From Nitrospirota bacterium (GTDB lineage: Bacteria > Nitrospirota > Thermodesulfovibrionia > Thermodesulfovibrionales > SM23-35), in NCBI GenBank assembly GCA_040754395.1, contig JBFMCL010000010.1, positions 43,620 through 107,619 of the forward strand: a stretch of DNA of 64,000 nucleotides. The letters run 5' to 3'. Positions 17,507-27,706 of this stretch are shown here, piece by piece (the stretch's first letter is position 1; each line of letters begins with the position of its first letter). The notes beneath the pieces are model-generated. The model had not been told where the DNA came from. It worked only from the letters and a program-made list of their open reading frames with translations, and ran no database searches. The position numbers and the translations under genes were made by a program.

Positions 17507-19084
17507 TTACAGACGTATCTGTTTGATTGACAGGATATTAGGAAGCTTTTTGATTTCATTTATGACCTTTGGTGATGCATGTGTATCTATGCTGACCACA
17601 GAGATAGCCATCCCGCCGGGAGTTTCCCTGCCGAAATGCATCCTGGCGATGTTAATCTTGTTTTTGCCCAGGAGAGTCCCGATATTTCCTATCACCCCGG
17701 GCCTGTCGTTGTTGTACATGAAAAGCAGTTCACCTTCAGGCACAATCTCTACCTTGAACTTGTCAATAAATACAATGCGCGGGTCCTTTTTGCTGATCAG
17801 CGTGCCGGCAACATAACTTTCCTTTTCTTTTGCCTTCAGCCTGAGCGCGACCATGCTCTGATAGTCCCCTTCATCGGAGGTCTTCATCTCTTTTACTTCT
17901 ATTCCCCGTTCCCTGGCTATTATGGGGGCATTGACGAAGTTCACTGTCTCTTCAAGAATGGGTGTGAGAAATCCCTTAATGGCGGCGATGGTAACAGGAG
18001 CGGTATTGATCTTTGACGCCTCGCCCTTGAATTCAATGGTAATCTCAGTCACACCGCCCTTGAATATCTGTGTTGCGAATCCGCCCAGTTTTTCTGCCAG
18101 ATTAATGTAAGGCTGTAACTTCTGAATCTGGTCTGCCGGAATTGAGGGAAAGTTGACCGCATTTCTTATTGTTCCGTTGATCAGGTAATCCACGATCTGT
18201 TCTGCCACCGCAATTGCCACATTTTCCTGGGCTTCCTTTGTTGAAGCGCCAAGATGGGGGGTGCAGATGATATTGTCAAGGGTGAGGAGCGGGTTGTTGT
18301 CCGGAGGCTCTTTTTCGAAGACGTCAAGGGCCGCTCCGGCAACCTTTCCTTCCACGATTGCATCATAGAGGTCTTTTTCGTTGATGATGCCGCCTCTCGC
18401 ACAGTTGATTATTCTCACTCCCTGCTTCATAATCCTGAAGGCATCCTTGTTCATCAAGTATTTCGTTTCCGGAGTCAGCGGAGTGTGGATGGTAATAAAA
18501 TCAGAGCGCCTGAATACCTCCTCGACATCGACCTTTTCAACGCCCATGCTCTTTGCCTTATCCTCGCTCAGGAACGGGTCATACGCGATGATGTTCATGG
18601 CGAAAGCCTGCATTCTCTTGGCAACCTGACCGCCGATATTGCCTATGCCGATGATTCCGAGCGTTTTATTGAAGAGCTCCACCCCCATGAATTTCTTCTT
18701 GTCCCATTGACCGTTCTTCATGGACATGGTAGCCTGTGGTATCTGCCTGGCCAGCGATACGATATGGGCAATCGTATGTTCTGCAGTGGTAATGGTATTT
18801 CCTCCCGGGGTATTCATCACCACGATACCTTTCTTTGTCGCCGCTACCCTGTCGACATTGTCAAGCCCTGAACCTGCGCGTCCTATGACCTTCAGGTTTG
18901 TCGCAGCGTCAAGAATATCAGCGTTCACCTTTGTTGCTGACCTTATCACCAAACCGTGGTATTCTCCGATACACGCCCTGAGCTCTTCGGTCTTCATGCC
19001 TACCTTTACGTCGACCTCAAGACCGGAGTTTTTCAATATCTCAATTCCCTTTGGAGAGATGTTATCACTGACGAGAACCTTCAT
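17507..19084 (-). CDS. serA: D-3-phosphoglycerate dehydrogenase with ASB and ACT domains
   Basis: GRAGSGLDNVD, GIIGIGNIG, INCARGG, TPHLGAST; C-terminal ACT (NDRPGVIG). Confidence 0.97.
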   Translation of the reverse strand: MKVLVSDNISPKGIEILKNSGLEVDVKVGMKTEELRACIGEYHGLVIRSATKVNADILDAATNLKVIGRAGSGLDNVDRVAATKKGIVVMNTPGGNTITTAEHTIAHIVSLARQIPQATMSMKNGQWDKKKFMGVELFNKTLGIIGIGNIGGQVAKRMQAFAMNIIAYDPFLSEDKAKSMGVEKVDVEEVFRRSDFITIHTPLTPETKYLMNKDAFRIMKQGVRIINCARGGIINEKDLYDAIVEGKVAGAALDVFEKEPPDNNPLLTLDNIICTPHLGASTKEAQENVAIAVAEQIVDYLINGTIRNAVNFPSIPADQIQKLQPYINLAEKLGGFATQIFKGGVTEITIEFKGEASKINTAPVTIAAIKGFLTPILEETVNFVNAPIIARERGIEVKEMKTSDEGDYQSMVALRLKAKEKESYVAGTLISKKDPRIVFIDKFKVEIVPEGELLFMYNNDRPGVIGNIGTLLGKNKINIARMHFGRETPGGMAISVVSIDTHASPKVINEIKKLPNILSIKQIRL

Positions 19085-19093
19085 GTATCCTCC

Positions 19094-20233
19094 CTAAACC
19101 ATTAATAACTCTTGCGCAACCGCAACACCTGTGCCGAGTGTGACCGGATGCCCCATCCCCTTCAGTACCATCTCAATACCGGCAATTGCGGTGATTACGT
19201 CGAATCTGTCTGCATACCCCAAATGAGCGATCCTGAAAATCTTGCCCCGCGCCCTGTCCTGTCCCCCTGCTGCAGTAATCCCGTATTTTTCACGGAGGTT
19301 TTTGTAGACTGCCTGTCCGTCAATTCCGTCAGGGGTCATGATCGCGGTCACCGCATTCGATGGCGACTCTTTAGGATACAGCTTCAGGCCGATAGCCAGA
19401 ACAGCCTTTCTGGTTGCATTTGCAAGCAATTCATGTCTCTTAAAGACATTCTCTAGACCTTCTGCCTGGAGCATTTTCAGGCTTTCGTTCAATCCGATGA
19501 TAAGGGTTACCGGTGAGGTAAAGTTGGTCTGGTTCTTGGCAAGGTTCTCCCGTTCTTTTTTGAAATTAAAATAGAATTTTGGCATCTTCGAAGTTTCTGC
19601 CCGTGCCCATGCCTTTTCGCTGACACTGACAAAAGCGATGCCCGGCGGCATCATTACACCCTTTTGCGAGCCGCCCACCATGATGTCAATACCCCACGCA
19701 TCTGTCTTAAGGTCGTGGGCGACCAATGCGCTGATCGCGTCTACAATGAAGAGGGTATCAGGGTATTTTTTCACCACTGATGCCAGAGCTTCTATGTCAT
19801 GGTACACGCCTGTTGATGTCTCTGATGCCTGCACAAACACGCCCCTGATGTTTCTGTTCTTCTGCAGTCTCTCTTCCACTTCTTCGGGGTTGATCGCATA
19901 CCCCCATTCAACGGTTATCTCTTCCACATCGAGGCCGTAGGACTGGCAGATTTTTGTCCATCTCTCCCCGAACTTGCCGCCGTTTATTACAAGCACCTTA
20001 TCTTCCTTATTGAAGAAATTGTTTACGGCGCCAACCATGCCGCCGGTACCGGTAGAGCTTAAAATAAGCACGTCATTCTTCGTCTGATACAGCCACTGGA
20101 GGCCTTTCTTCGCGGAATCGAGAACAGGCAGGAAATCCGGGGAACGGTGGTGGATGATCGGCGCTGCCATGGCGAGCAGTACCTCTGAAGGCACGGGTGT
20201 TGGGCCGGGTGCCAAAAGATAACGTTTTAACAT
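19094..20233 (-). CDS. Class-V PLP aminotransferase (alanine-glyoxylate/serine-pyruvate type; probable phosphoserine aminotransferase)
   Basis: APGPTPVP, SETSTG, DAISAL, GSQKG (PLP lysine), FRIAHLG; true start 20233 follows SD AGGAGG. Confidence 0.9.
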   Translation of the reverse strand: MLKRYLLAPGPTPVPSEVLLAMAAPIIHHRSPDFLPVLDSAKKGLQWLYQTKNDVLILSSTGTGGMVGAVNNFFNKEDKVLVINGGKFGERWTKICQSYGLDVEEITVEWGYAINPEEVEERLQKNRNIRGVFVQASETSTGVYHDIEALASVVKKYPDTLFIVDAISALVAHDLKTDAWGIDIMVGGSQKGVMMPPGIAFVSVSEKAWARAETSKMPKFYFNFKKERENLAKNQTNFTSPVTLIIGLNESLKMLQAEGLENVFKRHELLANATRKAVLAIGLKLYPKESPSNAVTAIMTPDGIDGQAVYKNLREKYGITAAGGQDRARGKIFRIAHLGYADRFDVITAIAGIEMVLKGMGHPVTLGTGVAVAQELLMV

Positions 20234-20370
20234 GCAAAACCCTCCTGAAAACTTTTTATTACAGGTAATTGTATTGATTAGCCAGACTTTGGAAATTAGC
20301 ACAAGACAGGCTATTTGGTCAAGGGCAGCTACTTTACAACGGCTTAATATCATTATTATAATGAATTATC

Positions 20371-21837
20371 GTGAAGAAAAAAATAGCGATCAGTATCTCG
20401 ATTCTCCTTCTTGGTTTCCTGCTCGGAGGGATATCATTCTATTTTCTTGGCAAGATCAACGGGAAGTACCGGTATTCGCCCTATGCTGTCGCGCCGAACG
20501 TCCCCCGCCAGATTATGGAGACAGGAAGAGCATTTTCGGATATTGTCAATGCTGTCTCACCATCGGTAGTGAATATCTCTACCACAAAAGTCGTAAAGAG
20601 AAATGTTGCTCCCTTTGACGACCCCTTTTTTGATTTATTCAGCCCTTTTCATGAGTTCGGTGCGCCGAAAAGATTCAAGGAACGGAGTCTGGGATCAGGA
20701 GTGGTTGTATCTGCGGACGGATATATCATCACCAATAATCATGTTGTGGAAAAGGCTGATGAAATTAAGGTGACCCTGCTCGACAGGCGGACATTCAGAG
20801 GCCGTATCGTGGGTGCTGATACCAAAACAGACATTGCCATAATAAAGATAGACGCAAGCAATCTTCCCATGCTGACATGGGGTGATTCGGAAAGACTGCA
20901 GGTGGGGGAGTTTGTCCTTGCAATAGGCAGCCCTTACGGCCTGAGCAATACGGTTACGATGGGCATTATCAGTGCAGTCGGACGGGCTAATGTGGGAATT
21001 GCGGATTACGAGGATTTCATCCAGACGGATGCCGCGATAAATCCGGGAAACTCCGGAGGGCCTCTCGTGAACATAAAAGGGGAGCTTATCGGGATTAATA
21101 CCGCAATATTTTCGAGGACCGGCGGATATCAGGGAATCGGTTTTGCGGTTCCCTGCAATATGGTGAGACTCGTGATGGACCAGCTAATCCAGAAAGGAAA
21201 GGTTGTCAGGGGATGGATCGGAGTTACCATTCAGGAGCTTACGCCTGAACTCGCTCAGGAATTCGGGTTGAAGAAATCGAAAGGGGCTCTCGTAAGCGAT
21301 GTGGTGAAGGACAGCCCGGCATCCAGGGCAGGAATTATGCAGGGGGACGTCATTCTTGAGTACAACGACAGGGAAGTGAAAGATGTCAGCAGTCTCAGGA
21401 ATCTGGTAGCCCAGAGCAAAGCCGGAAACGAGATTCACATGAAGCTGCTCCGGGATGGGCGGGAATTTACGGTGAAGGTGATAATTGTCGAACTGCCAAA
21501 AGACGTCGCTGAGGTGATACCCGACCGTTTGCCGGCCGAACAGGAAGCAAGAGTGCTCGCCGGTCTAACGGTCATGGACCTCTCAAGAGAGATTGTCAGG
21601 CAGCTCGGGTTCAGTAAAGATGAAAAAGGGGTTGTTGTCGTGAGGGTAGAACCGGGGAGTCCTGCGGAGGATGCAGAGATTAAAAAAGGAGATATAATCA
21701 AAGAAATAAATAAAAAGGCGATCAGCAGTCTGGAGGAATATAACAGAATAGCCGCCAGCATAAAACAGAATGAATCCGTTCTCCTTTTTGTCAACAGAGC
21801 CGGCAAACGGTTCTATATCATCCTCAAAGCTGCATAG
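20371..21837 (+). CDS. degQ: Do/DegQ family serine endopeptidase with two PDZ domains
   Basis: TNNHVV, TDAAINPGNSGGPL, N-terminal TM segment, two PDZ domains. Confidence 0.92.
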   Translation: MKKKIAISISILLLGFLLGGISFYFLGKINGKYRYSPYAVAPNVPRQIMETGRAFSDIVNAVSPSVVNISTTKVVKRNVAPFDDPFFDLFSPFHEFGAPKRFKERSLGSGVVVSADGYIITNNHVVEKADEIKVTLLDRRTFRGRIVGADTKTDIAIIKIDASNLPMLTWGDSERLQVGEFVLAIGSPYGLSNTVTMGIISAVGRANVGIADYEDFIQTDAAINPGNSGGPLVNIKGELIGINTAIFSRTGGYQGIGFAVPCNMVRLVMDQLIQKGKVVRGWIGVTIQELTPELAQEFGLKKSKGALVSDVVKDSPASRAGIMQGDVILEYNDREVKDVSSLRNLVAQSKAGNEIHMKLLRDGREFTVKVIIVELPKDVAEVIPDRLPAEQEARVLAGLTVMDLSREIVRQLGFSKDEKGVVVVRVEPGSPAEDAEIKKGDIIKEINKKAISSLEEYNRIAASIKQNESVLLFVNRAGKRFYIILKAA

Positions 21838-21939
21838 CGATCGAATATGCAAACAAACCCGGGCACTTCCGCCTGTTTTCCGTAATACACGGTCTGCCCC
21901 GTCGGGCACATTACTTTTTTTTGAAAGGAGGTGATACAC

Positions 21940-22944
21940 ATGTTTCTCATCACAAGAGCCGGGGTTTTTCTGCTCTTTGTACTGTCAGGATTCATTATCG
22001 GATCTGAGTATGATCTTGCTGTGTATGGTGTCCTGATGGGAGGAGGCATAGGTCTTATTGCGATAGTTGCAGAGCTAAAAATACATAAGATTGATCTGGG
22101 TCCCTTTATAGGAGGGTTGATAGGTATTTCTTTAGGTCTTTTATTTGCTTACCTCATTATGCTTCCCTTGCGACTGATTCTTTCCGAGGAGGTAAAAGCC
22201 ATATCATTCGGATTAATGGCCGTGTTCGGATACGGAGGACTGCTCCTTGGCCTGAGCAAGGGGAAGGCAATATCCTTTACAAGTCTTTTCAGGTTTTTCA
22301 GGGGACAGGGCATTGATGAAAACCTGAAAATTCTTGATACGAGCGTAATAATAGATGGACGCATCGCGGACGTCTGCGAGACAGGGTTTCTTGAAGGAGT
22401 TTTTATCCTGCCGCAGTTCATCCTTCAGGAGTTGCAGCATATTGCTGATGCTCCTGACCACATGAAGCGAGCGAGGGGAAGGCGGGGACTCGATGTGCTC
22501 CACAAGATCCAGAAAATGTCCCGCATTACTGTAAGGATTGTTGACGAGGATTTTCCCAAGATAAAGGAGGTTGATGCAAAACTTGTGGCCCTTGCAAAGG
22601 TCTTGAACGCAAAAGTCATCACCAATGATTTCAACCTGAACAAGGTTGCCGAACTGCAGGGGGTTTCGGTGCTGAACATCAATGAACTGGCGAATTCGCT
22701 GAAACCGGTGGTGCTTCCCGGAGAATCCATGAAAGTTTTTATTCTGAAGGAAGGAAAGGAATACAATCAGGGAGTTGCATATCTTGATGACGGCACGATG
22801 GTTGTGGTGGAAAACGGCCGGAGGCTTATCGGAAAGAACTCTGAGGTGATTGTGACCAGTGTCCTGCAAACTACCGCAGGGAGAATGATATTCTCGAAGC
22901 TCGGAGAAGATTATGAAAGGGATGAAGGAAAGAACGCAAAGTAG
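21940..22944 (+). CDS. PIN/TRAM domain membrane protein (YacL-like)
   Basis: Four TM segments, LDTSVIIDGRI, TNDFNL, YLDDGTMVVVE, TTAGRMIF; SD GGAGGTG before ATG 21940. Confidence 0.92.
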   Translation: MFLITRAGVFLLFVLSGFIIGSEYDLAVYGVLMGGGIGLIAIVAELKIHKIDLGPFIGGLIGISLGLLFAYLIMLPLRLILSEEVKAISFGLMAVFGYGGLLLGLSKGKAISFTSLFRFFRGQGIDENLKILDTSVIIDGRIADVCETGFLEGVFILPQFILQELQHIADAPDHMKRARGRRGLDVLHKIQKMSRITVRIVDEDFPKIKEVDAKLVALAKVLNAKVITNDFNLNKVAELQGVSVLNINELANSLKPVVLPGESMKVFILKEGKEYNQGVAYLDDGTMVVVENGRRLIGKNSEVIVTSVLQTTAGRMIFSKLGEDYERDEGKNAK

Positions 22945-22979
22945 AGGACAGTACCGCGCGAAGACGGGAAAGTGAATCT

Positions 22980-23702
22980 ATGCAAAAACAGAAAAAGGTG
23001 ATAGCGATTGTCCCTGCCGCGGGACTGGGCAGGAGGTTCGGTACTGGAACAAACAAGCCCTTTCAGGAACTCGATGGCAAACCGCTCATTGTCTGGTCGC
23101 TGGATGTGCTTGCTTCGGTCAGTCAGATCGACGAGATCATACCGGTCTTCAAGCGCGACGAGATGGAATTCGGGCGGGGTCTGATCGAAGAGTACTGTCT
23201 TCAGAAGATACAAAGGATTGCACCAGGAGGGAAGGAACGTCAGGACTCTGTGTTCAGCGGCCTCAGGCTCATTGAAGACAGGGAAAGTGTTATCCTCATC
23301 CATGACGGAGTCAGACCGTGTATAGACAGGAATCTTGTCGAACGGGTCCTCGGGGCACTGCAGGATGGCGATATACCGTGTGACGGCGTGATCCCGGGGG
23401 TACCGGCAAAAGATACCATTAAGGAAGCCGCAGAGGGAATAGTCACAAAGACCCTGAGGCGGAGCTCCCTCTGGGCGATCCAGACGCCTCAGGCCTTCCC
23501 GTACGAAAGTGTCATGCGGGCCTATGAGAGAGCAGGGAAAGAGGGGTTTTACTCAACAGATGACGCTGCCCTTGTGGAAAGAAACGGCGGTATTCTGAGA
23601 GTTGTCAAGGGTTCATATAAGAATATCAAGATCACTACACCGGAGGACCTTATCATCGCAGAGGCATTCATAAAGTGCGGGTCTGCCGGCTGCAGGGATT
23701 AG
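22980..23702 (+). CDS. ispD: 2-C-methyl-D-erythritol 4-phosphate cytidylyltransferase
   Basis: PAAGLGRRF, ERQDSV, IHDGVRP, QTPQAF, TDDAALVE, NIKITTPEDL. Confidence 0.95.
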   Translation: MQKQKKVIAIVPAAGLGRRFGTGTNKPFQELDGKPLIVWSLDVLASVSQIDEIIPVFKRDEMEFGRGLIEEYCLQKIQRIAPGGKERQDSVFSGLRLIEDRESVILIHDGVRPCIDRNLVERVLGALQDGDIPCDGVIPGVPAKDTIKEAAEGIVTKTLRRSSLWAIQTPQAFPYESVMRAYERAGKEGFYSTDDAALVERNGGILRVVKGSYKNIKITTPEDLIIAEAFIKCGSAGCRD

Positions 23703-23761
23703 GATATGGCTGCATTGCTTATGCACCTATGGTTCTCAGTGAAGGAAAAGGTGTTCGGGAG

Positions 23762-24235
23762 ATGCGAGTCGGCATAGGCTATGATTCTCACAGGCTGGTT
23801 GAGGGCAGAAAACTCATCATAGGAGGGATCGCCATCCCGTTCGAAAAAGGGCTGCTCGGTCATTCTGATGCTGATGTGTTATGCCATGCGATTATCGACG
23901 CGCTTCTCGGAGCTCTCGGGCTTGGAGATATCGGACAGCATTTTCCGGATACGGATCCGCAGTGGAAGGACGCCTCGAGCATCGAACTCCTTCATAGGAT
24001 TGTGAAGCTTATTCATATCAATGGATACGAGATCACGTGGGTAGATTCGAATATCATCGCAGAGAGGCCGAAACTTTCCCCGTATATCGAAGCCATGAAA
24101 CAGGCCATTTCAGAATCGGGGATTCCGCCGGGTGCGATCAATATTAAGGCAAAGACGAATGAAGGCATGGGGTTTACTGGTCGCGGAGAAGGTATTGCAG
24201 CCTGCGCCGTATGTCTGCTGAGAAGGATCACGTAA
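23762..24235 (+). CDS. ispF: 2-C-methyl-D-erythritol 2,4-cyclodiphosphate synthase
   Basis: MRVGIGYDSH, GHSDADVLCHA, GDIGQHFPD, KAKTNE. Confidence 0.96.
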   Translation: MRVGIGYDSHRLVEGRKLIIGGIAIPFEKGLLGHSDADVLCHAIIDALLGALGLGDIGQHFPDTDPQWKDASSIELLHRIVKLIHINGYEITWVDSNIIAERPKLSPYIEAMKQAISESGIPPGAINIKAKTNEGMGFTGRGEGIAACAVCLLRRIT

Positions 24236-24242
24236 CCCAGAT

Positions 24243-24407
24243 TATTCATGATGCGTGGAATAGCAGATGAGATACAGCATCATCGCTCATTCTCGGTCTG
24301 CGTTGCAGACCTCCGAGGTACAGAGTGTTCTTCGAAGGCATCGAACACTCTGTAAATCCGCGCTGATACTGCATCTCATCTGTAATTGAGGAAGATATCT
24401 ATGAATA
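24243..24407 (-). ncRNA. Candidate structured RNA or folded repeat element between convergent ispF and selB
   Basis: 19-bp stem 24264-24282/24364-24382 whose two mismatches become G-U on the minus strand; inner hairpins 24292-24317 and 24319-24354 (12-bp perfect); outer TATTCAT/ATGAATA pair. Confidence 0.45.
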
Positions 24408-24472
24408 CTACAGGCTAGCCCGCTCTTTGCTGACAGGGCAGGGCATGTCCTGCGGAGGGTCGTTCCTGCCGT

Positions 24473-26359
24473 CTAATCCTTCAGAAGGAGCTTCCTCACA
24501 TCGCCGACTCTCAGGGTAACCTTGCTTGAATCGAGATATTCAAGAAAAGGCAGGGCGTATTTTCTTGTGGTATTGAGGACATCCCTGAATTCCGCCACCG
24601 TCATTTCAGGCTTTGTGCTGAAAAAGTCTCTCAGGTTCCGGATCAGCTTTTCGTAAGTACGCGCGGAGACATACAATGATTCATTGATCCGTACGAGGCT
24701 TTTTTCATTGACCATGAGTTTCAGAATATCCGACAGACGCTTCTGGTCCATTTTCAGGGACTGGGAAAGTTCCTCCTTCGTCGGAGGCTGAAAATCGTTT
24801 TTTTCGAGCAAGGCAAGGATTTTTGTCTTGATTGTCTCGTCAACCTGGGACAGGGCGATCTTAAATGTAGCAAGACGGACGAGCTCCTTTTCGGCAACTA
24901 TGTCCTTGAGAGAAGGCAGTACGTTACCGAAAAGCCGGGGGTCAACAGAAAGATGCGCCCTCAGTTCCTCTTTCAGCATGCCAGGTTTGAGCGGGTTTTT
25001 TTTGTGAAAATCCTCCATAACCTTTTTTGCCGTCTCTCTCAGGGCATGACAGGCATTTCTGTGCAGCAGGATATCGTCAAACTGCATGATGATGCCCTTT
25101 TCCTTCAAATCATGGACTGCTTTCTGTATGGAGGGAATTTCTTCCTTGATCCATCCTTCGATCATGAAAATCTTGATCCCGTAGATGCCGGCCCTCTTCA
25201 CCTTTGCCGCAATCTTTTCTGCAAAGGTGCCGTTTTCGAATATCTGCATGTCATCCAGTCCGTCTTTGTAACTGCGGCGGAAGGACAACGGGTCCAGCAC
25301 TTCACCGCCGCCAATTGTATCGAGTGGAGAAAATCTCCGTATTATGTAACGGTCTCCTGACATGGCAACGACCGGTTCCTGCAGTCTGAGCTGGCAGTAA
25401 CAGGTTTCCCCGGCCTTTAATTCCGTCCTGCCGAACAGGATTATCCTTGCCGTGGTCTCTGACGTGCCGAGATGGAAATGCACGAGCGCCTTGCTTTTCA
25501 GGACAGGAGCGTCCGGCAGCAACTCAACCTTTGCATCGATCTTTTTTGTCGGGGTGAGCCTTTCAGGGACGACTACCGTATCGCCTCTGGACAATTCATC
25601 CTTGTCCACTCCCTGGAGGTTGATGGCTACCCGCTGACCGGCAAACGCGGTCGGGATCGGTTTGCCGTGACTGTGAAGACCCCTTACCTTGCTCTTTATC
25701 CTGCTGGGAAGAATCTCGATGTCCTGATCAACCGAGATGCTTCCTGCAATGGCTGTTCCGGTCACTACAGTCCCGAATCCCTTCAGGGTGAATACCCGGT
25801 CAATCGGCAGACGGAAGAGACCCTTTGTCGGTTTGGGGTCAACCTGCAATGCCACTTCCCTGATTTTTTCCTTCAGCAGATCGAGATTTGCCATGGTCCT
25901 TGAAGAGACAGGCACGATCGCTGAACCCTCCAGAAAGGAGCCCTTGACAAAACTTCTCACTTCGTCTTTCACAAGGTCGAGCCAGTCCTTCTCAACCAGG
26001 TCTGCCTTCGTAATCGCGATAAGGCCGGACTTGATTCTGAGAAGGTCGCAGATATGCAGGTGCTCACGGCTCTGCGGCATGATCCCCTCATCCGCTGCAA
26101 TAACCAGCAGTACAAGGTCTATGCCTCCGGCCCCTGCAAGCATGTTCTTGACAAGCCTTTCATGGCCGGGCACGTCCACAATCCCAACGGTCAGTCCGTC
26201 AGGATAGCTCAGGTCAGCAAACCCGAGATCAATAGTAATGCCCCGCTCCTTTTCCTCCTTAAGCCTGTCCGGATCCGTCCCTGTCAGTGCCTTGACCAGG
26301 GAGCTCTTTCCGTGATCAATATGTCCTGCTGTCCCGAGAATGATATGGCGCATATTCAT
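24473..26359 (-). CDS. selB: Selenocysteine-specific elongation factor
   Basis: [27 protein letters not shown]-terminal winged-helix domain with [14 protein letters not shown]. Start at 26359 or 26353. Confidence 0.96.
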   Translation of the reverse strand: MNMRHIILGTAGHIDHGKSSLVKALTGTDPDRLKEEKERGITIDLGFADLSYPDGLTVGIVDVPGHERLVKNMLAGAGGIDLVLLVIAADEGIMPQSREHLHICDLLRIKSGLIAITKADLVEKDWLDLVKDEVRSFVKGSFLEGSAIVPVSSRTMANLDLLKEKIREVALQVDPKPTKGLFRLPIDRVFTLKGFGTVVTGTAIAGSISVDQDIEILPSRIKSKVRGLHSHGKPIPTAFAGQRVAINLQGVDKDELSRGDTVVVPERLTPTKKIDAKVELLPDAPVLKSKALVHFHLGTSETTARIILFGRTELKAGETCYCQLRLQEPVVAMSGDRYIIRRFSPLDTIGGGEVLDPLSFRRSYKDGLDDMQIFENGTFAEKIAAKVKRAGIYGIKIFMIEGWIKEEIPSIQKAVHDLKEKGIIMQFDDILLHRNACHALRETAKKVMEDFHKKNPLKPGMLKEELRAHLSVDPRLFGNVLPSLKDIVAEKELVRLATFKIALSQVDETIKTKILALLEKNDFQPPTKEELSQSLKMDQKRLSDILKLMVNEKSLVRINESLYVSARTYEKLIRNLRDFFSTKPEMTVAEFRDVLNTTRKYALPFLEYLDSSKVTLRVGDVRKLLLKD

Positions 26360-26493
26360 AACCCTGCCTCGCGTTCTATTATAGCGCAAGAAATGTTTTC
26401 ATGAATGAACCTTCGAGAAATCTCCCCTCACCGCCTGTCTACACAGGAGGTGCACGGAGATGAGTCGCTGCACTCAACTGGCAGTTATGTTGC

Positions 26494-27660
26494 TCAGCAG
26501 AGCAATTTGCCGGCCCTGAGAATCTCTTTTCTGCTTTTGTCAGGATGGACCAGGGTAACCGTCGGTCTGAAAAAAACAAAATCCTGATGGAAGGGCGTCT
26601 TGATGGTTCCGCCCATGGAGCTGTTGTCTCCGAGCGCCATGTGTATAGTGCCCAGTATTTTTTCTGACTCCAGTATATTATCCGGTCTTGTAGCCGCATT
26701 GTTTGTCCCTATGCCAAGCTCCGCGATATTGCCGTTTTCCTTTTTTTCAGCGAGTTTTTTTCTGAGGTATCCGACATATTCATCGGCACCTGAAATGTGT
26801 ACCACATAGCCGTTTTTTATGATAAGCGTGACCGGCGACCGAAGCTGCCTTGTGGGTGCCCATTCGAGGACGAGCTTGCCCTGTGCGGTCCCTTCCACCG
26901 GTGCAAGATATACCTCACCCGCAGGAAGGTTTCCGAAGGCCCCCTTTCTGGTCAGGATGCCTGTATCTGACAATACCTTGCGTCCTTTTTTCGAAAAAGA
27001 GATGCGGGTGCCGTTCGGGGTCCGCACTTCGATCCGTTCCGCCAGGTTCACAACCTTTGCAATGCCCATGGTTCTTCTGGCCAGTTCCTTCCAGTCAACG
27101 TTCATTGACCCTTCAAGCATCGTGATGTCAAAAAGAGGCAGGCTCGCGTATCTACACCCGCAGACAGTCGTCAGAAGATCCCTGAAGCTGGTATGGCTTG
27201 TGGAGTAATTGGAGAGCGCGATTACGCAGTTTACCGCAGCGTTCTTGTGTCGCCCGATGATTTCCCGTGCCTTTCTGATCTCCGGGTCCTTTGCGCGTTT
27301 TTGCAGTATAGGTTTCAGAAGGTGCTCTTTCTGCAGAGCTTTTATTGCTTTTTCACCGAACGAAAGCTTCCAGAGCCCCGCAGGAGGTTCAGCACCGTGT
27401 GTGCCGGTTGCCGGAAATTCAAAGTATATGACTGAGTTGCAGAACGCCTTGCCGATTTCTGATGCCAAAAGGGAAAGGCTTCTGATCTTCAGCCGCCTGT
27501 CCCATTCCGCTTCTGTCACTTCTTCATTATCAGAAATCCTGTCATTGAAGATAAGCACCCTCTCATGTCTTCTGACACCGAGGTTGATTCTGAATATATC
27601 CCTTAGGGTAGTGTTAATTAACGTATCCAGGACATTTCCGATCTTCTGCTCTTTTTCCAA
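26494..27660 (-). CDS. M29 (thermophilic metalloprotease) family aminopeptidase
   Basis: NLPAGEVYLAP, ELGIGTN, ESEKILGTIHMALG, HQDFV; TTG start. Confidence 0.85.
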   Translation of the reverse strand: MEKEQKIGNVLDTLINTTLRDIFRINLGVRRHERVLIFNDRISDNEEVTEAEWDRRLKIRSLSLLASEIGKAFCNSVIYFEFPATGTHGAEPPAGLWKLSFGEKAIKALQKEHLLKPILQKRAKDPEIRKAREIIGRHKNAAVNCVIALSNYSTSHTSFRDLLTTVCGCRYASLPLFDITMLEGSMNVDWKELARRTMGIAKVVNLAERIEVRTPNGTRISFSKKGRKVLSDTGILTRKGAFGNLPAGEVYLAPVEGTAQGKLVLEWAPTRQLRSPVTLIIKNGYVVHISGADEYVGYLRKKLAEKKENGNIAELGIGTNNAATRPDNILESEKILGTIHMALGDNSSMGGTIKTPFHQDFVFFRPTVTLVHPDKSRKEILRAGKLLC

Positions 27661-27706
27661 TACCGAAAAAACCCGGCGTGAAGGAACAGTGCAGAGCCGA
27701 GCATTT

